DNA of 62,023 bases, the filler included, from Dirinaria sp. TL-2023a (Eukaryota), in the NCBI GenBank assembly GCA_051941275.1. It is 4 parts of 4 records of this genome, joined end to end, with 100 filler letters (N's around TTAATTAATTAA, not from the genome) between each part and the next. Parts side by side here need not be neighbours in the genome. Positions count along the whole stretch, not along the records: positions 31,111 to 46,556 come from JAVEBF010000548.1; positions 46,657 to 62,023 come from JAVEBF010000550.1; 2 more parts are not named here. One strand, 5' to 3'. The notes under the pieces were generated by a model. That model was not told where the DNA came from. It searched no databases and worked only from the letters and a program-made list of their open reading frames with translations. Shown here piece after piece: positions 37,601 through 49,268 of this stretch (the stretch's first letter is position 1; each line of letters opens with the position of its first letter). A program made the translations under genes and the position numbers.

Positions 37601-38381
37601 ATTCTAGTGTACTGGTCTTCTCGCTGCGAACTCTGGCGACCTCGCTCCAGGCTTCTTTCGCGTCATTCTCGGCTTCAGCCAATTTCTTTTTCACGGCGTC
37701 CCGATCGTTGGAGACCCGCTTAAGCTCGTCTAGTACCATGTCGCCCTTTAGATTAAGCTGATTAAGATATTCCACTAACGCATCGGGATCACTGATCGAG
37801 ATGAGCGGCGTGTGCTCGCGAAGGGAGGACTCGAATGGCTCGATGGTTTGAACCCGGGCATGTGCGATCCGATAAGATCGAAGTAGCTCATGGTACTTAG
37901 ACTCCAATTTCTCAAGCTTTCGCAGTTTGGCTCGAACGTCAGTAGGTAATTCAGGTGATGTTGCTCCATTGGCGCCTAGCTTCTCCTGCAGTCGTCCTGC
38001 GCTGGCTTCGCCGCTGGCTTCCGTCGAAGGTTCGCTAAGCCCCTTTTGCTCCGCCTCAGATACTGGCCTGGGCGTACCAGAACGGCTGGGGGTCTCCGAC
38101 TCGCCTATTACAAACTCAGGCTCGAAGTCGGCCGGATCAGGCGCCTTGATAGATTCCCCATCTTTACGCCCACGCGCACCTGCTCGCACAGGTCTCTTCG
38201 TAGGCGATTCATCGCTCGGTGTTGGGCGTCTGGAACTGGAGAGGGACCTCGAGGGTGATGCTTGTGATGCACGTTGGCGAGCTTGCTCTTCCGCAATCCT
38301 AGAGTCGATCGCTCCTTTTAAACGCTGTTTGCACGATTAGCTCTGGGATACATTATTCTCGGGTCTTGCTACCTGAAACAT
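34689..38381 (-). CDS. IMH1: GRIP-domain coiled-coil golgin (Imh1-like)
   Basis: Spliced start MFQ|RLKGAIDSRIAEEQ; very long heptad-rich coiled coil; C-terminal GRIP YLKNVLLQFLE...LIPVLGKLLHF. Confidence 0.85.
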
Positions 38382-38724
38382 ATTGCATCAAATATGGCCG
38401 TGCACGTGTCTTGAGCGTGCTCCATCACTGATCATCATTTTGTATTACGATTACCAGAGTTCTGCATATTGGAGAATACATGGTTTAGCGAGTCGGTCAG
38501 ATGCTGGCTGAGAGTGAGACTGCCATTTGAACGAGACCCTGCCAAGCCTGGCTTTTTGAGGCACGGGCCGAGGCTTCGCCGGCCGCTGACTAGGAAGCGC
38601 GTGTGAGTAGTAGAAACAGATCAAGAGCCATCATCCACTGACCTAGACTTGAGGTTGTGTATCCGGGATATGGTCGCAGGGCATCGGCTTTTAACTAAGT
38701 TCACTCCAGCTGTGAGGCTCAACA

Positions 38725-40041
38725 ATGGTCTCATTCTGGCCATGGAAGGTTTGATGTCCAAAACGCTTCTACCAGTCGATTCCCCCGTACTAACTTTTTG
38801 CAGGGAGACGACAGCTCTCCAGCATCTTTTGAAAAAATACTCTCAACCTTGTCAAGCAAGATTAGCAAGAAGGGCTCAGACTTAGACTCCCTGAGACAGC
38901 GATCTAGGCGCTTGGGCCTTCTGTGGACCCTTTATACCACCTTTACGTATCTTCTTTACTCAATCATTCTTCTGCTTGTGGTGGGGTGGAGAAACTGGGG
39001 TCCCACAGAGTACACCGCGGTGATTGGAGGGCCACTCATGCAAGGTTTCCTACCGAGAGACGACCAAGGCGCATTTGCTAATGACACCGCAGAATATACT
39101 TTGTCAGGCTCGGTCTACTCAGGTATTACAGCTACCGCACATCGAGGGTCCAATCTCAACTAGATGAATTAGAGAAACAAAGGACTAGCACGATTGAAAA
39201 GCTTAAGACGGCTACGAAGTACAATTCGACACAAGAGTTGTTGAAAAAGTATGGGGGAACACCCAGTCCGAAAGGGAAAGCAAATGGGACACCAAAGCAA
39301 AGCAGCACCAACACGCCAAAAAGCGGAAGGACTAACATCCTACCGCCACCAACAGCTAACATCCCGGGAAGAAACATACCAGCATCACTACCCAACACTC
39401 CCCAACGCTTGCCACCTGAAGCGAAGAGCCCCTTATCGCAGATTGTACCACACTCGGCAGCAGCTGCAGCTCCACCTTGGCAACGACCAGACTCTCCTCA
39501 AGACATAAGTGCAGAATTTGCACCGAACGCATTCCCATCTGCTCCGCAATACTCGCAGCCTGGAAATGGCCCGCGATGGTACGATCGATTTGTTGACGCT
39601 CTTCTTGGGGAAGACGAAACTCTTCCAAAGAATCGTCTAGCTCTGATATGTAGTCAGTGCAGACTTGTTAATGGGCAAGCTCCTCCAGGCGTCAAGCGGC
39701 TTGAAGACGTTGGCAAATGGCGCTGTGGAGGCTGTGGAGCGACGAATGGAGAGGAAAGCGAGGCCAAGAGGATAATATCAAGCATTCATAAACAAGCGGA
39801 TTCGAATAGGGATCACACCACATCCAGCGAGTTAAGTGAAGGGGCAAAAGGGTCGAATATGGAGGAAGCCAAAACAGACCAGATTTCCGAAGACCATGAA
39901 AGCGATATCACCCAATACTCAGACTCTGGAGACGAACCTGATCGAGCCTCAACATCAACGGGATCGCATTCAAAGCCGATTCCACAGGAGACCCCTCGAC
40001 GTCGGTCGACAAGAGCGCAGAAGGTCAATAGAGAAACGTGA
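38725..40041 (+). CDS. LNP1: ER junction protein lunapark, 3 exons
   Basis: MVSFWPWK|GDDSSPASFEKILS; two TM segments; KLK.ATKYNSTQELL.KYGG; WYDR..D.LLGEDE; zinc finger LICSQC..VNG...WRCGGCGATN. Confidence 0.92.
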
Positions 40042-40721
40042 TTGATCAATGGTTCCTATGATGCTGGTTTGAAAATTAAGCTATGAATCCAGCCTAAGCC
40101 TTTGTATGCTGGGATTCTGTGTGGCGGAAACTATCTAGATTCCATCAGCATGACAAAGGACTGAAGCTGAGGTTGGCGTGGATTTCTGTACCACCTTGGA
40201 GTACCACGTCACCTTCTAATGTAACACACTCTAGCCTCCGAACGGCGCTACGAAAGATGTCTGAGTAGACACTACAGCATTACTAGCCACAGCTTCGAGC
40301 TCGATCCTAGTACAAGCTTCTCCACTGCGAAGGGAGACGGGACCAGGAATTCCCAAAGGGAGTGTCACTAAGCAATGCTGCCGCAAGCGACAATCTATAA
40401 ACTACATTATGAAGAAAGACGCAAGCATGCTGAACGCTGTTCAATGCGGGTTCAGCCTTCTCACAACAATATCTGTTATGCTTATATACAGATCCTCAGT
40501 CTTAACCAACTGTTCTCTCTCCAGTCAGCAGCTCTGCAGAATTTTGTCTCCTTCATCCCGTTGAAATTCTAACTTACGGGAGCCTGAGAAACTAATCGCT
40601 TTATATTTGATCTTGCATTGAAAAGGAGGCTACTAGTACACGTCCACTTGGGGTTGAATCCTCTAAAACCTCCTTCACTTCTGCTGTCATGGCAACTCAG
40701 TAACTCATGAGCTTTCGTAGT

Positions 40722-41438
40722 TCAAAGGTGACCATAATCATTCCTAGCTGCTGCAGCTTTATCTTGCTTTTGGTCCCAGTACTCTTGGTAGCGTTTCCTC
40801 CTCATCTTCGCGTATCCCTCTTCAGCGCTTCGCTGATATTCCTCCGAGACGCCAAGAGGATCGTAATCCACCCGATCATGATCATTGCTCAGCATCTCTC
40901 GCTCCGGCGTAAGATATATCTTGTCGCTCTCAGGCTTCTCCATAGTACTATGCTGACGCCCCTCTTCTGCCAGGCGAAGAGAGCTGAATGGTCGCTCCCA
41001 GTCTGATCGGATGTGTTCTAGATCTGGAATATCCTGGGACTTCGATTGCGAGGCTCTGGTCAGGCTTAGAACTGCTCGCGTTGCTTGGCCGACATATTCC
41101 TGGGCGGTGTGTGTGTATTCTGCAATCGCAGGTTGTATCTTCGCCGATGCTTCTCTGGCTGCTAAGGATGCGTAGCCTTTAGCTGTGTTGGCACACTTTG
41201 ACACCATAGGCGATACTCTGGCGGCACTCTCTCTCGCAGTGATCGACGCCACCGAAGCGAAGCCTTCTCTGACCGAAGTAATACTTAAGTTTTCCCAAGT
41301 ATATCTTGCTTCTTCTGCGGCTTCTTGAACTGCAGTAGGTGGTGCATACTTGGACTGATAGTCTCGATCCTGTAATAGCGTTAACGAATGTATCTGAAGA
41401 AGATCATCGCGCGAACACGTGAGTATGCTAGTATGCAC
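40722..41438 (-). CDS. Hypothetical protein (probable last exon; upstream structure unresolved)
   Basis: 238-codon open frame with helical Ala/Glu-rich composition and a plausible splice acceptor near 41370. No recognisable family. Confidence 0.35.
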   Translation of the reverse strand: MHTSILTCSRDDLLQIHSLTLLQDRDYQSKYAPPTAVQEAAEEARYTWENLSITSVREGFASVASITARESAARVSPMVSKCANTAKGYASLAAREASAKIQPAIAEYTHTAQEYVGQATRAVLSLTRASQSKSQDIPDLEHIRSDWERPFSSLRLAEEGRQHSTMEKPESDKIYLTPEREMLSNDHDRVDYDPLGVSEEYQRSAEEGYAKMRRKRYQEYWDQKQDKAAAARNDYGHL

Positions 41439-42544
41439 AAAGTACTAACAATTACCGCATTTGCAGATGGCCCGATTCTTTAATGACCTGATGCGGCAAG
41501 AGAGCAATAGGGACAGTGCTGCAGTATACGAGAAGTATGCCAAAGACGTCAGCTCAAGCCTTACCCATTTATGCCTTGTAAATAATGCCTAGAGCCTTCC
41601 TCATCATCTCCAAGGTAGCAGGAAATGTACGACAGGAAGCAAAAAAGACTTTCGCAAAACCGGCGTTGTGAACAGAGCGGGTATAATATCCACCACCACT
41701 TGAACAATACGTGCAGAGAGAAAGATGCCGAGCGATCTTAGAAATCATACGTACCCATTTTGCGAAATCATCGTCTTCGATATAGTACCAATCCCCGCGC
41801 ATCCACCCGCTTTCTTCGTCGGATAATTCTTCTTTTTCTCTATTCATCTTCCTCTCAGCGCTATCCAAAGAATGAATACTGATGCAAGTCCTTTTTAGAT
41901 GCTGTTGTCTAACAAGACCTGATCGAAATCAGGAAGAAGATAACGAGGTCAGAACTTATGCCTTTCAGAGTTCTTGCTGGAACGTAGTTAGCCAGTGATT
42001 TAGTGTTACAAAGGAAGATCAGCGTTGTTGAATATGTTATGGAGCATTGTAAAACACTGACACTAGTCTTATCTATGTGAAATGCCACGCAGCTCGTTCC
42101 AGAATTTGACAGACAGATAGTAAGCAAGAATCAACGAGAAACATGTTCCTAGGAGAAAGAAGAAAAAACCCCATCACTGAACTTTGAATGTAAGCAAGCC
42201 AGCCAATTGTGTAGGGTATATACAGCGTTAGGCGACCCAAATGAGTCATTGTTGAATCGTGAATGGTTTAAAGAGCGGGCAGCACGTTCTGAGATCCTGT
42301 ACCGAGAAGATCCGACTTCAAATCACAACCACTGACTCAGACTAGACACAGAGAGTCAGACTTTCTTCTTTTCTTTAACGATTTCCTCCGACTCAAAAGA
42401 CTCTACTGTGTCCATAATTCGACACTCTATCATACTAGCTGCGAATTAATGAGCCGACATCTCGAATATCTCAAGCATAGCCAGAGTGCTCGGTAGTTGG
42501 GATTAGCCACTCAAGCCAATCCTCGCTGAAATCTTGGCCGACTC

Positions 42545-43250
42545 CTATCCAGATGGCTCATCCAATTCTTGCCTTGACTGGCGGATATTTGCTACCTCCC
42601 CCTCAAGCTGGGCATTTACCTTGCCATTAATCAAATTTCGAGCTCCTTCAACTGCCTTGAGCGCATCCTCAGAGCCCCCAAGACCCTCCATCGCTGACGC
42701 TTTTAGATACAGCAATTTCTTCATCGCTTCATCCGTAGGCTTGCACGCCTTCGAATGTTGCTGAAGTGGGGCTTCGCCCTTAATGCATAATTTGAAGCTT
42801 TTTCTAAACCGAGAAACTGAATATTCATCGTCAAGGTTGGGCGTAAAATCTTCATATTTGAGTCAGCTGGCCGCTTCGTTCGAGCAAGCGATGAACTGCA
42901 TTTCCGCGATTGTGGTCACAAAGCTCCAGTCGTTGGAGTGAATGTCACCAAAGTGACGGGTACGCTTGAGATTTACGACTTCATAGGACGCGTCGGTGTA
43001 GATTGTGGTACCGAATTGGTAGTTCCCATCGCGGAAGGCGTGGTTTCCGGCTTCACGCAGTTGGAACTCTTGATTCAGTGCTGCTTTCCTCTGTGCAGAG
43101 CTTCATAAGCTGTTCGTGGCTATGGATTCATTGCCACTATATTCATTGCTGCGACGAAAGTTTCGTCGTCGGCGCAAGGCATGGCGATTTTTTCAAATGT
43201 CTGCTACTTCCTAATCTGCCTGTTAATAAAGGATTGGGATTCACATGACG
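42545..43250 (-). pseudogene. Disrupted TPR-domain protein gene
   Basis: Manual translation gives LREAGNHAFRDGNYQFGTTIYTDA...FIACSNEAAS*LK...KLLYLKASA, which are TPR-like helices. In-frame TGA at 42863-42865 and further stops or a frameshift upstream. Confidence 0.55.
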
Positions 43251-43628
43251 AATCTTGAAATGCACCTTCCTATACTCAGCCTATCCGTCAGATAAGAAAT
43301 CAATGAAATTGCCAATTCTCTCTGAATCTTGCTAGTAACCGCCTAAAACCATATTTCATTAGTCAAGGACTTTAATTCAGGGGTGCAGAGCAAGGTATTA
43401 TGCTTCTCTTGGACATTCTATTCTATGCGTGTTGTTTTGATTGTGGATTTGGTCAGCCAAGCACTGACTTCTATCATACATTCATTTGCCTAAAGTGTCG
43501 AAAGCGGAAACGCATCCGTGTTTCATGTTCAGTCAATGCTAGCTAACGCGGCCATTGCCACTAGTGCGACTAGCTAGTAGCTACATGTACCTTAAAGTAA
43601 CTACGTACCAACCCAGATCATGATGATG

Positions 43629-43714
43629 GCTTCTACTATCAGCTAGACGACGTAATTGCTACTTGAAGATTGCTTCTACTATCAGCTAGACGACGTAATT
43701 GCTACTTGAAGATT
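43629..43714 (+). repeat. Perfect 43-bp tandem duplication
   Basis: GCTTCTACTATCAGCTAGACGACGTAATTGCTACTTGAAGATT x2. Confidence 0.95.
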
Positions 43715-44025
43715 GACTGACTTACTCAAAGGCCACCAGTACAACCGTCGACCAGCTCAAAATCCTCCTAAGCCTTCAGGCATAACTACTCAAATTGAGA
43801 TCTATCTAGTATCTTAGAGCTGGTGAAAAGTACAAATCTGGAGCACACCTGGACATGACTCGGATCTTAAGTCCTAAAAAGGTCGGACGTCGGGACCATC
43901 AGCGATCAATGTACCACAAAGTCGATAAGAGCTGGAATTTTCGGCGCTAAATCGATTCTCGCTATGTTGCGTCCAATCGCTATGTAGGCAGTAAGCGGAG
44001 ACAAGTGTTCCCGTGCTGAGGGGTT

Positions 44026-44592
44026 TTATATGCCAATCGTTATGAGGAAATCGCAATCGGGCTTGAACAGATTCTCGCAAGTGTCATGCAGGAATGACTC
44101 GCACCTCAAGCGTAAGTGTTCATCCCCGCGTGCAACCCCCACACGGTGGCCAGAATTAAGTCGATCGTTACTTGTGGTAGCGGCGACGAGCCTCATGCTG
44201 CAAACGGGCCGCAGACGCTGTTTCCCGTGTCCTAGCATTTTTCTGTTTTGTCGACTTCGGCACGACTGGTCTAGCATCAGGAACGCCTGACTGATCTGTA
44301 TGCACGATGAGTTGGCAGTGTTACCTACTGAATGGGGTTTCTGTAGAGATGGTTTACTCTGCTCCGTGCTAGTTTGCTTTCTCTGGCTAATTCCAATTCC
44401 GAGCACGATGCCGATGATGATGGCTGCACCGATGAACGATATACTCACTGTTCTTGCACTGTAGCAAAGGTACGAATTTTTGTTGTTATTCAGGTTCCCA
44501 ATGCATTGGTTCGCGTTCTCTCTGGCGTTGTTGCGGTTCGCCTGAAGATCGGGAGACGACGTTACTTGATACTGTCCGCTAAGAAACATCAC
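44026..44592 (-). CDS. Possible single-pass membrane protein or gene relic
   Basis: ORF with one clear TM segment (ISFIGAAIIIGIVLGIGIS followed by QRK). The remainder is unrecognisable. Confidence 0.25.
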   Translation of the reverse strand: MMFLSGQYQVTSSPDLQANRNNARENANQCIGNLNNNKNSYLCYSARTVSISFIGAAIIIGIVLGIGISQRKQTSTEQSKPSLQKPHSVGNTANSSCIQISQAFLMLDQSCRSRQNRKMLGHGKQRLRPVCSMRLVAATTSNDRLNSGHRVGVARGDEHLRLRCESFLHDTCENLFKPDCDFLITIGI

Positions 44593-45086
44593 CGTTCGTT
44601 TTTTTTTGCTGGCTTAAATCATAAAGACGTGGTGGAAAAGCTACACGACCTTGAAACCCCCATGAATCGTCGTTTTATAATAAGACTCACTTCTTGCACC
44701 GTCCTTATCTCGGCTATGACTGTTTAGAACTGTTTAGAAAGGGCTTCAGCCTGACGCATACCAGCACACCAGGTTCCCTCACCGTTCACCTCTCACAACG
44801 CTCGGCTGTACATCCCCAGAAGATTCCTGCTTTTCCCGCTCTATATGCAACCTGCTAGCCTCCACGAAGCCCAATCTCATAGCCATTGGATCAAAATCTA
44901 ACACATGGTCCGTCGATCTCAAGGATAATATACTCACCGAACGCCCGATTTCTTACCAGAGCCAGCAGATTATAACCGAAACATCGTCAACTAGGCATAT
45001 GCATCACCAAATAACGCTAAATTAGGCCCAGACGCTCCTATACAGCAGCTGAATAGACATTCGATCCTGACCCCCACTCCCACACC

Positions 45087-45916
45087 ATGGATGTTGTGAG
45101 TGGTGTCGCGAGTGTCTCGCAGCTTATTGCCTACGGCCACGTCCTAGTTCAGCGGCTAGTGCAGCTCTATAAAGCTGCGCGGGAAGGCCCATCCTGTTGC
45201 CAAACACAACGGTTCAACATCCGCTTCTTACTCGAATTAGTCCAACGCATCTGCACAGACGAAGCGCCCAACACCGAAGCCATCCTGTCTTTGCTGATCG
45301 CCACGGTGAACCTAGCAAATTCGCTGCTGAAATTACTTCAGCCCAAAGGTACCTGGTACAATTATTGGCTTTTAGTCAGCAAAGGTCAAGAGATTAAAAG
45401 CACATTCTCTGCGCTGAACGACAAGACCCGGCTGCTCCAGTTGCATATCACCGAAAGAACCTACGACATTGTGACACACGTGCAGAACGATATCAAGCAG
45501 ATGAATCAGGGCATTAAACGTCAACCAACATCCAACGTGGATCAATCGGTATGTGCCAATCATTAATCTCGAAACAACCCTTCTCCAGCTTGCTGATCCT
45601 ATCATCCGTCTCCTAGCCCTCCACCTCCATCCCCCAAATCATGTCAACATCTACCCAGGACACGCAAACTGCGCAAGCCGCTATGAACTCGGGCTCGACC
45701 CCTAATGCGAGGCCGAATGAGACTGTCCAAGGGCATGTTCGTATCACCTCGAACGGAAACGTGGCGAAAAGCAACGCTAAACAATCTATCGCCAACGGGT
45801 GGGGAGAAAGCATGATATCTGCAACTATCAATTCCTGTAATAATACGGCAGAAGGTTACCAAAATGTGGCGAATTGGGATGCATCCAGCTACAAAGATGG
45901 GAACCCTCAGAACTAG
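45087..45916 (+). CDS. HeLo-like/SesA-type N-terminal domain protein with C-terminal two-repeat putative amyloid motif (253 aa, 2 exons)
   Basis: Exons 45087-45548 and 45617-45916 join in frame (GTATGT..GCTGAT..TAG). The N-terminus MDVVSGVASVSQL....LY.A...P...W..V....EI....L...K..LQL.I fits the fungal STAND N-terminal helical domain pattern. The C-terminus has N/Q/G/S pseudo-repeats. Confidence 0.7.
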
Positions 45917-46556
45917 AACGATGAGAAATTTGTGAGGCGCATCATTAATGGATGCTGATATCCTTAGGCGCTTATGAGGGGATCGGATTATTTTGTTTTT
46001 TTTTTTTCTTCTCTTCCCTTTCTTTTTTCATTTTGGTTTGGCAATGATGATAAAAGATTCACGATTAGTCTAGGTATTCAACAATGGCTATTCTGTTGGG
46101 AAGTGTTGCATGCATGTGTTGTCGCCTCAGTCACCTCCCCACTACACTATTTACAACCATAGGTAGCACCCACATTTCTTAGAGTTAGCAATGCATGCAA
46201 TGGAAGTCACTTTCCAATACATTCGTTAGTGGATTCGTCCACCGTTATTTCGTCGACCGGGGGTGTTATATCTATCATTCCAGAAGTAGAGGCTCTGAAA
46301 CGAGGAATGTGCTTTTTTGGGGTGGTGAGGGGAGGAAGGAAGGAAGGGAGCGCCGAAGCGCTCACATCATATAGACATTCCCAGAACACATTCACTTCTT
46401 TATTCAAAAAAATAAACCGATGAAAAAAAAAACTTATACTCTTATATACATATTCTGAATTTCCCCATTCAAATCCCGATTCTCCTCTTCTACAGTTATT
46501 TATCCATCTTGTGAAAGGCGCACCTTCCATTTATTTCTCTTTGATCAACAGATCCC

Positions 46557-46656
46557 NNNNNNNNNNNNNNNNNNNNNNNNNNNNNNNNNNNNNNNNNNNN
46601 TTAATTAATTAANNNNNNNNNNNNNNNNNNNNNNNNNNNNNNNNNNNNNNNNNNNN
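46557..46656. other. Artificial contig spacer N44-TTAATTAATTAA-N44
   Basis: Identical 100-bp linker. Confidence 0.98.
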
Positions 46657-47363
46657 GCTACTACTAAGGATCGAAAGATTTCATACGGTGTTACATACGG
46701 AAACGATTATACCCGCCACGAGAAAGCGTCTTCATGGTCACTTACCCAAGTAAAGTAGGTAGGCAAAACTTAGGTTTGCTGCAAATGTATCTTACTACTA
46801 TGTTTTAACTTGATTTCCAATCGCATTTGATCTTCGCAATCCGCTCTCGCCTCGTCTGCTGTATGATGATAACGCAGGTGATGATAGTGGCCTCTTTCTC
46901 TCTCTCTCTCTCTGTCTCTCTGAGAGAGAAACCACCTTCATCGCCTTGAAACACCCGTAGCGACGGGTTTTGTATGAAAGCCAGGTTTGGTAAAGGAAAA
47001 TAAACCAACCTTTCCAATCTCCAATCCCCTTGGCCGAGCCTCTTGCTGTTCAACACTCCCGTCACCACCATAATTACCCACACCGCTTGTTTTTCTCTCT
47101 CTTTTTGCTTGGTTTCCTAAAATAAAGGACACGAGAGTTAAATAAAATCTTGTCGGGAACAATTAGGCTACACATATACATAAATGATATATATGATAGA
47201 TACTCTAGGGATGGATTGAAATGATATAGCAGCCAAGCCAAAAACCAAAAAAAAAAAAAAAAAAAAAAGGGAAATAAAAAATTGAATGCTCAATTGCCCA
47301 CACAATTATTCTATCGTCGAAGAAGCATATACATGGCAGAAAGCCGACCGTTCTATTCACCCC

Positions 47364-47365
47364 AA

Positions 47366-47405
<40 letters not shown>

Positions 47406-47413
47406 AAAAAAAA
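47364..47413 (+). repeat. (AAAG)n microsatellite running into poly-A
   Basis: About ten AAAG units just downstream of the REI1-like gene. Confidence 0.9.
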
Positions 47414-47468
47414 AGCACAGATACAATAACACGCTACCTCCCCTGATTTACGATGAAATAATTAACTA

Positions 47469-49268
47469 CTACTGCAGCAAAGGATCGCGGAAATGCTTTT
47501 GCTGGTTCCCTCGCTTCTCCACCCCCCACTGGAACTTGCCCAGGTCCCGCTGCGCGCGGCGCGTTTCCCGCTGTTCCACGGCTTTCACTTCGCGTTTCTT
47601 CGCGTCCGTGACGCCGACCATGCCTAGGCCTCCGTTGGCTCTTGTGGTTAACTGTCGCCCCCTCTCATCAGGTTGGTCGGGCGCTACCATTTCTTCGTCC
47701 GAGTCGGACGTGCCGCCGTCTTGGATAGCCCGACGCTCGACCCGCTCGGTGGGAGTTGGGTAGCTGTGAAGGTTCTGACGGAAGTAGCGTGCTAGCGACC
47801 GATGGCCCGCTGTGCGGCCGCTGGGGAGGTGGAGCTCGTAGTCTGAAGTGAAAGCCTGCCGGCTCGGGGAGCGCGGGTTGGGGTGGTAATCCTCGATAGC
47901 GCTGTGTCGCCGTGTACTCAGTAGTGACGGCCGTCGTGGTTGGGACGGCCGCTGTGTGGCCGGAGGAGCTTTGGGAGGTTCGCCTCCGGGGTCAGGCTCG
48001 GCGGCGGCGGCGGCGTCGTCGTCGTCGTCATCTGTTTCCCATCCTTCGCCCCCTTCACTGGCGTTGTCCATCTCCTGGTCGCCGTCCTCGTTGCTAATGA
48101 ATGTCTTCGCTGCTTTTGGGCGCCCGAGCTTGACGCGGCCGTCGGGTTCTTTCTCACCATCGAGCATATCTTCGTCCTCGCCGTGGTCGGAATATGTACT
48201 TGTAAAATCGTAGAATTGGCCCACTTCCACCATTTCTTCCTCCGTCTCGAAAGCGATCATACAGTGGCCTTTGTCTCGCATGTGCGTCTGGATACCGCTC
48301 GTCGAAGATCTTAACTTGTGGCAATATAGACATTCGTGATTCTCGGCGATCTTCCTATGTAGGTACCCAATTAACCCTTCGAGGTCCGCTAAGTAAGATT
48401 GCTCTGGTATGAACATCCCGTGAAATTTAGTCATGTGGTGTAGATTGAGTTTGAATGAGGGCGACTCGTAGTTACAGAATAGACACTGGCTTAAGGATAC
48501 CTTTGGAGTCGATGCTTCGACTTCCGCTATGGAAGCTTCGCCGGCGTCCTTATCTGACGGCGACAGGGGATGTTCGGATCTTTTTTCCTCTGCTGAGTGA
48601 TGTGGTCTCGTCGGCCGTCGAGACACAGGCTCATTTTCGTTTATGGAAGCTTCCTTGATCCCGTTTATGACCTTCGAAAATTCCGCCTCCGCCTCCGGGT
48701 CTACGGTCTCTGCTGGCGGTTTCACAGGCTCATTGGGTGCAACAGGTGTCAGATTGATGGGCTCGCCCAATGAGAAGGTCGAACTCATGACGGAGCCGGC
48801 TTCGTCGTCCGCTCCTGTTGGTGTCGCTGGAGCATTTCCACTCTCTAGAGCTGCGAGACTGAGGTGGTGTTTCTGGCTGCCTAGATGATTCTGATAGGCA
48901 TTCTGGCTATAGTAGGTCTTGTGGCAGATTGCACATGACTTCTCAAAGGACGCTTTGGCGGCAGCGGCATTTGTAGACGCTTGGGCGTTGATAACTTTCT
49001 CTGCGAAGACTTCCGAGGATAGCGAAGGGAGTGAGGCAACACGTCTCTTTAGATTGTAACGGCTGACTAGATGTTAGTATTGTGCTACGTGCGTACAATA
49101 AATATTGCCATACTGCCAGTCAGACCGCATGTGCCCCCGCTGTAGCTCACTGCTTCGAAACGCGACCTGGCAAGTGTTGCATGTATAAGGGTGAGATTGA
49201 GCGGCGTTGGACACAGCAGTTGGCTGAGTTCCAGCAGGCGTGGATCGACTCGACATGATGCTGGCCAT
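47469..49268 (-). CDS. REI1: Cytoplasmic pre-60S maturation factor Rei1/Reh1 (ZNF622), 2 exons
   Basis: YTCNTCQVAF...QR.HMRSDW|RYNLKRRVASLP; C2H2 fingers CLFC...HM...HGMFIPE, CLYC...HMRDKGHC; LPSGRTAGHRSLARYFRQN; ends HFRDPLLQ. Confidence 0.93.

Noticed and set aside
43629..43714. Direct repeat as a possible CRISPR array
   Set aside because: Two abutting copies with no spacer, in a eukaryotic context with no cas genes.
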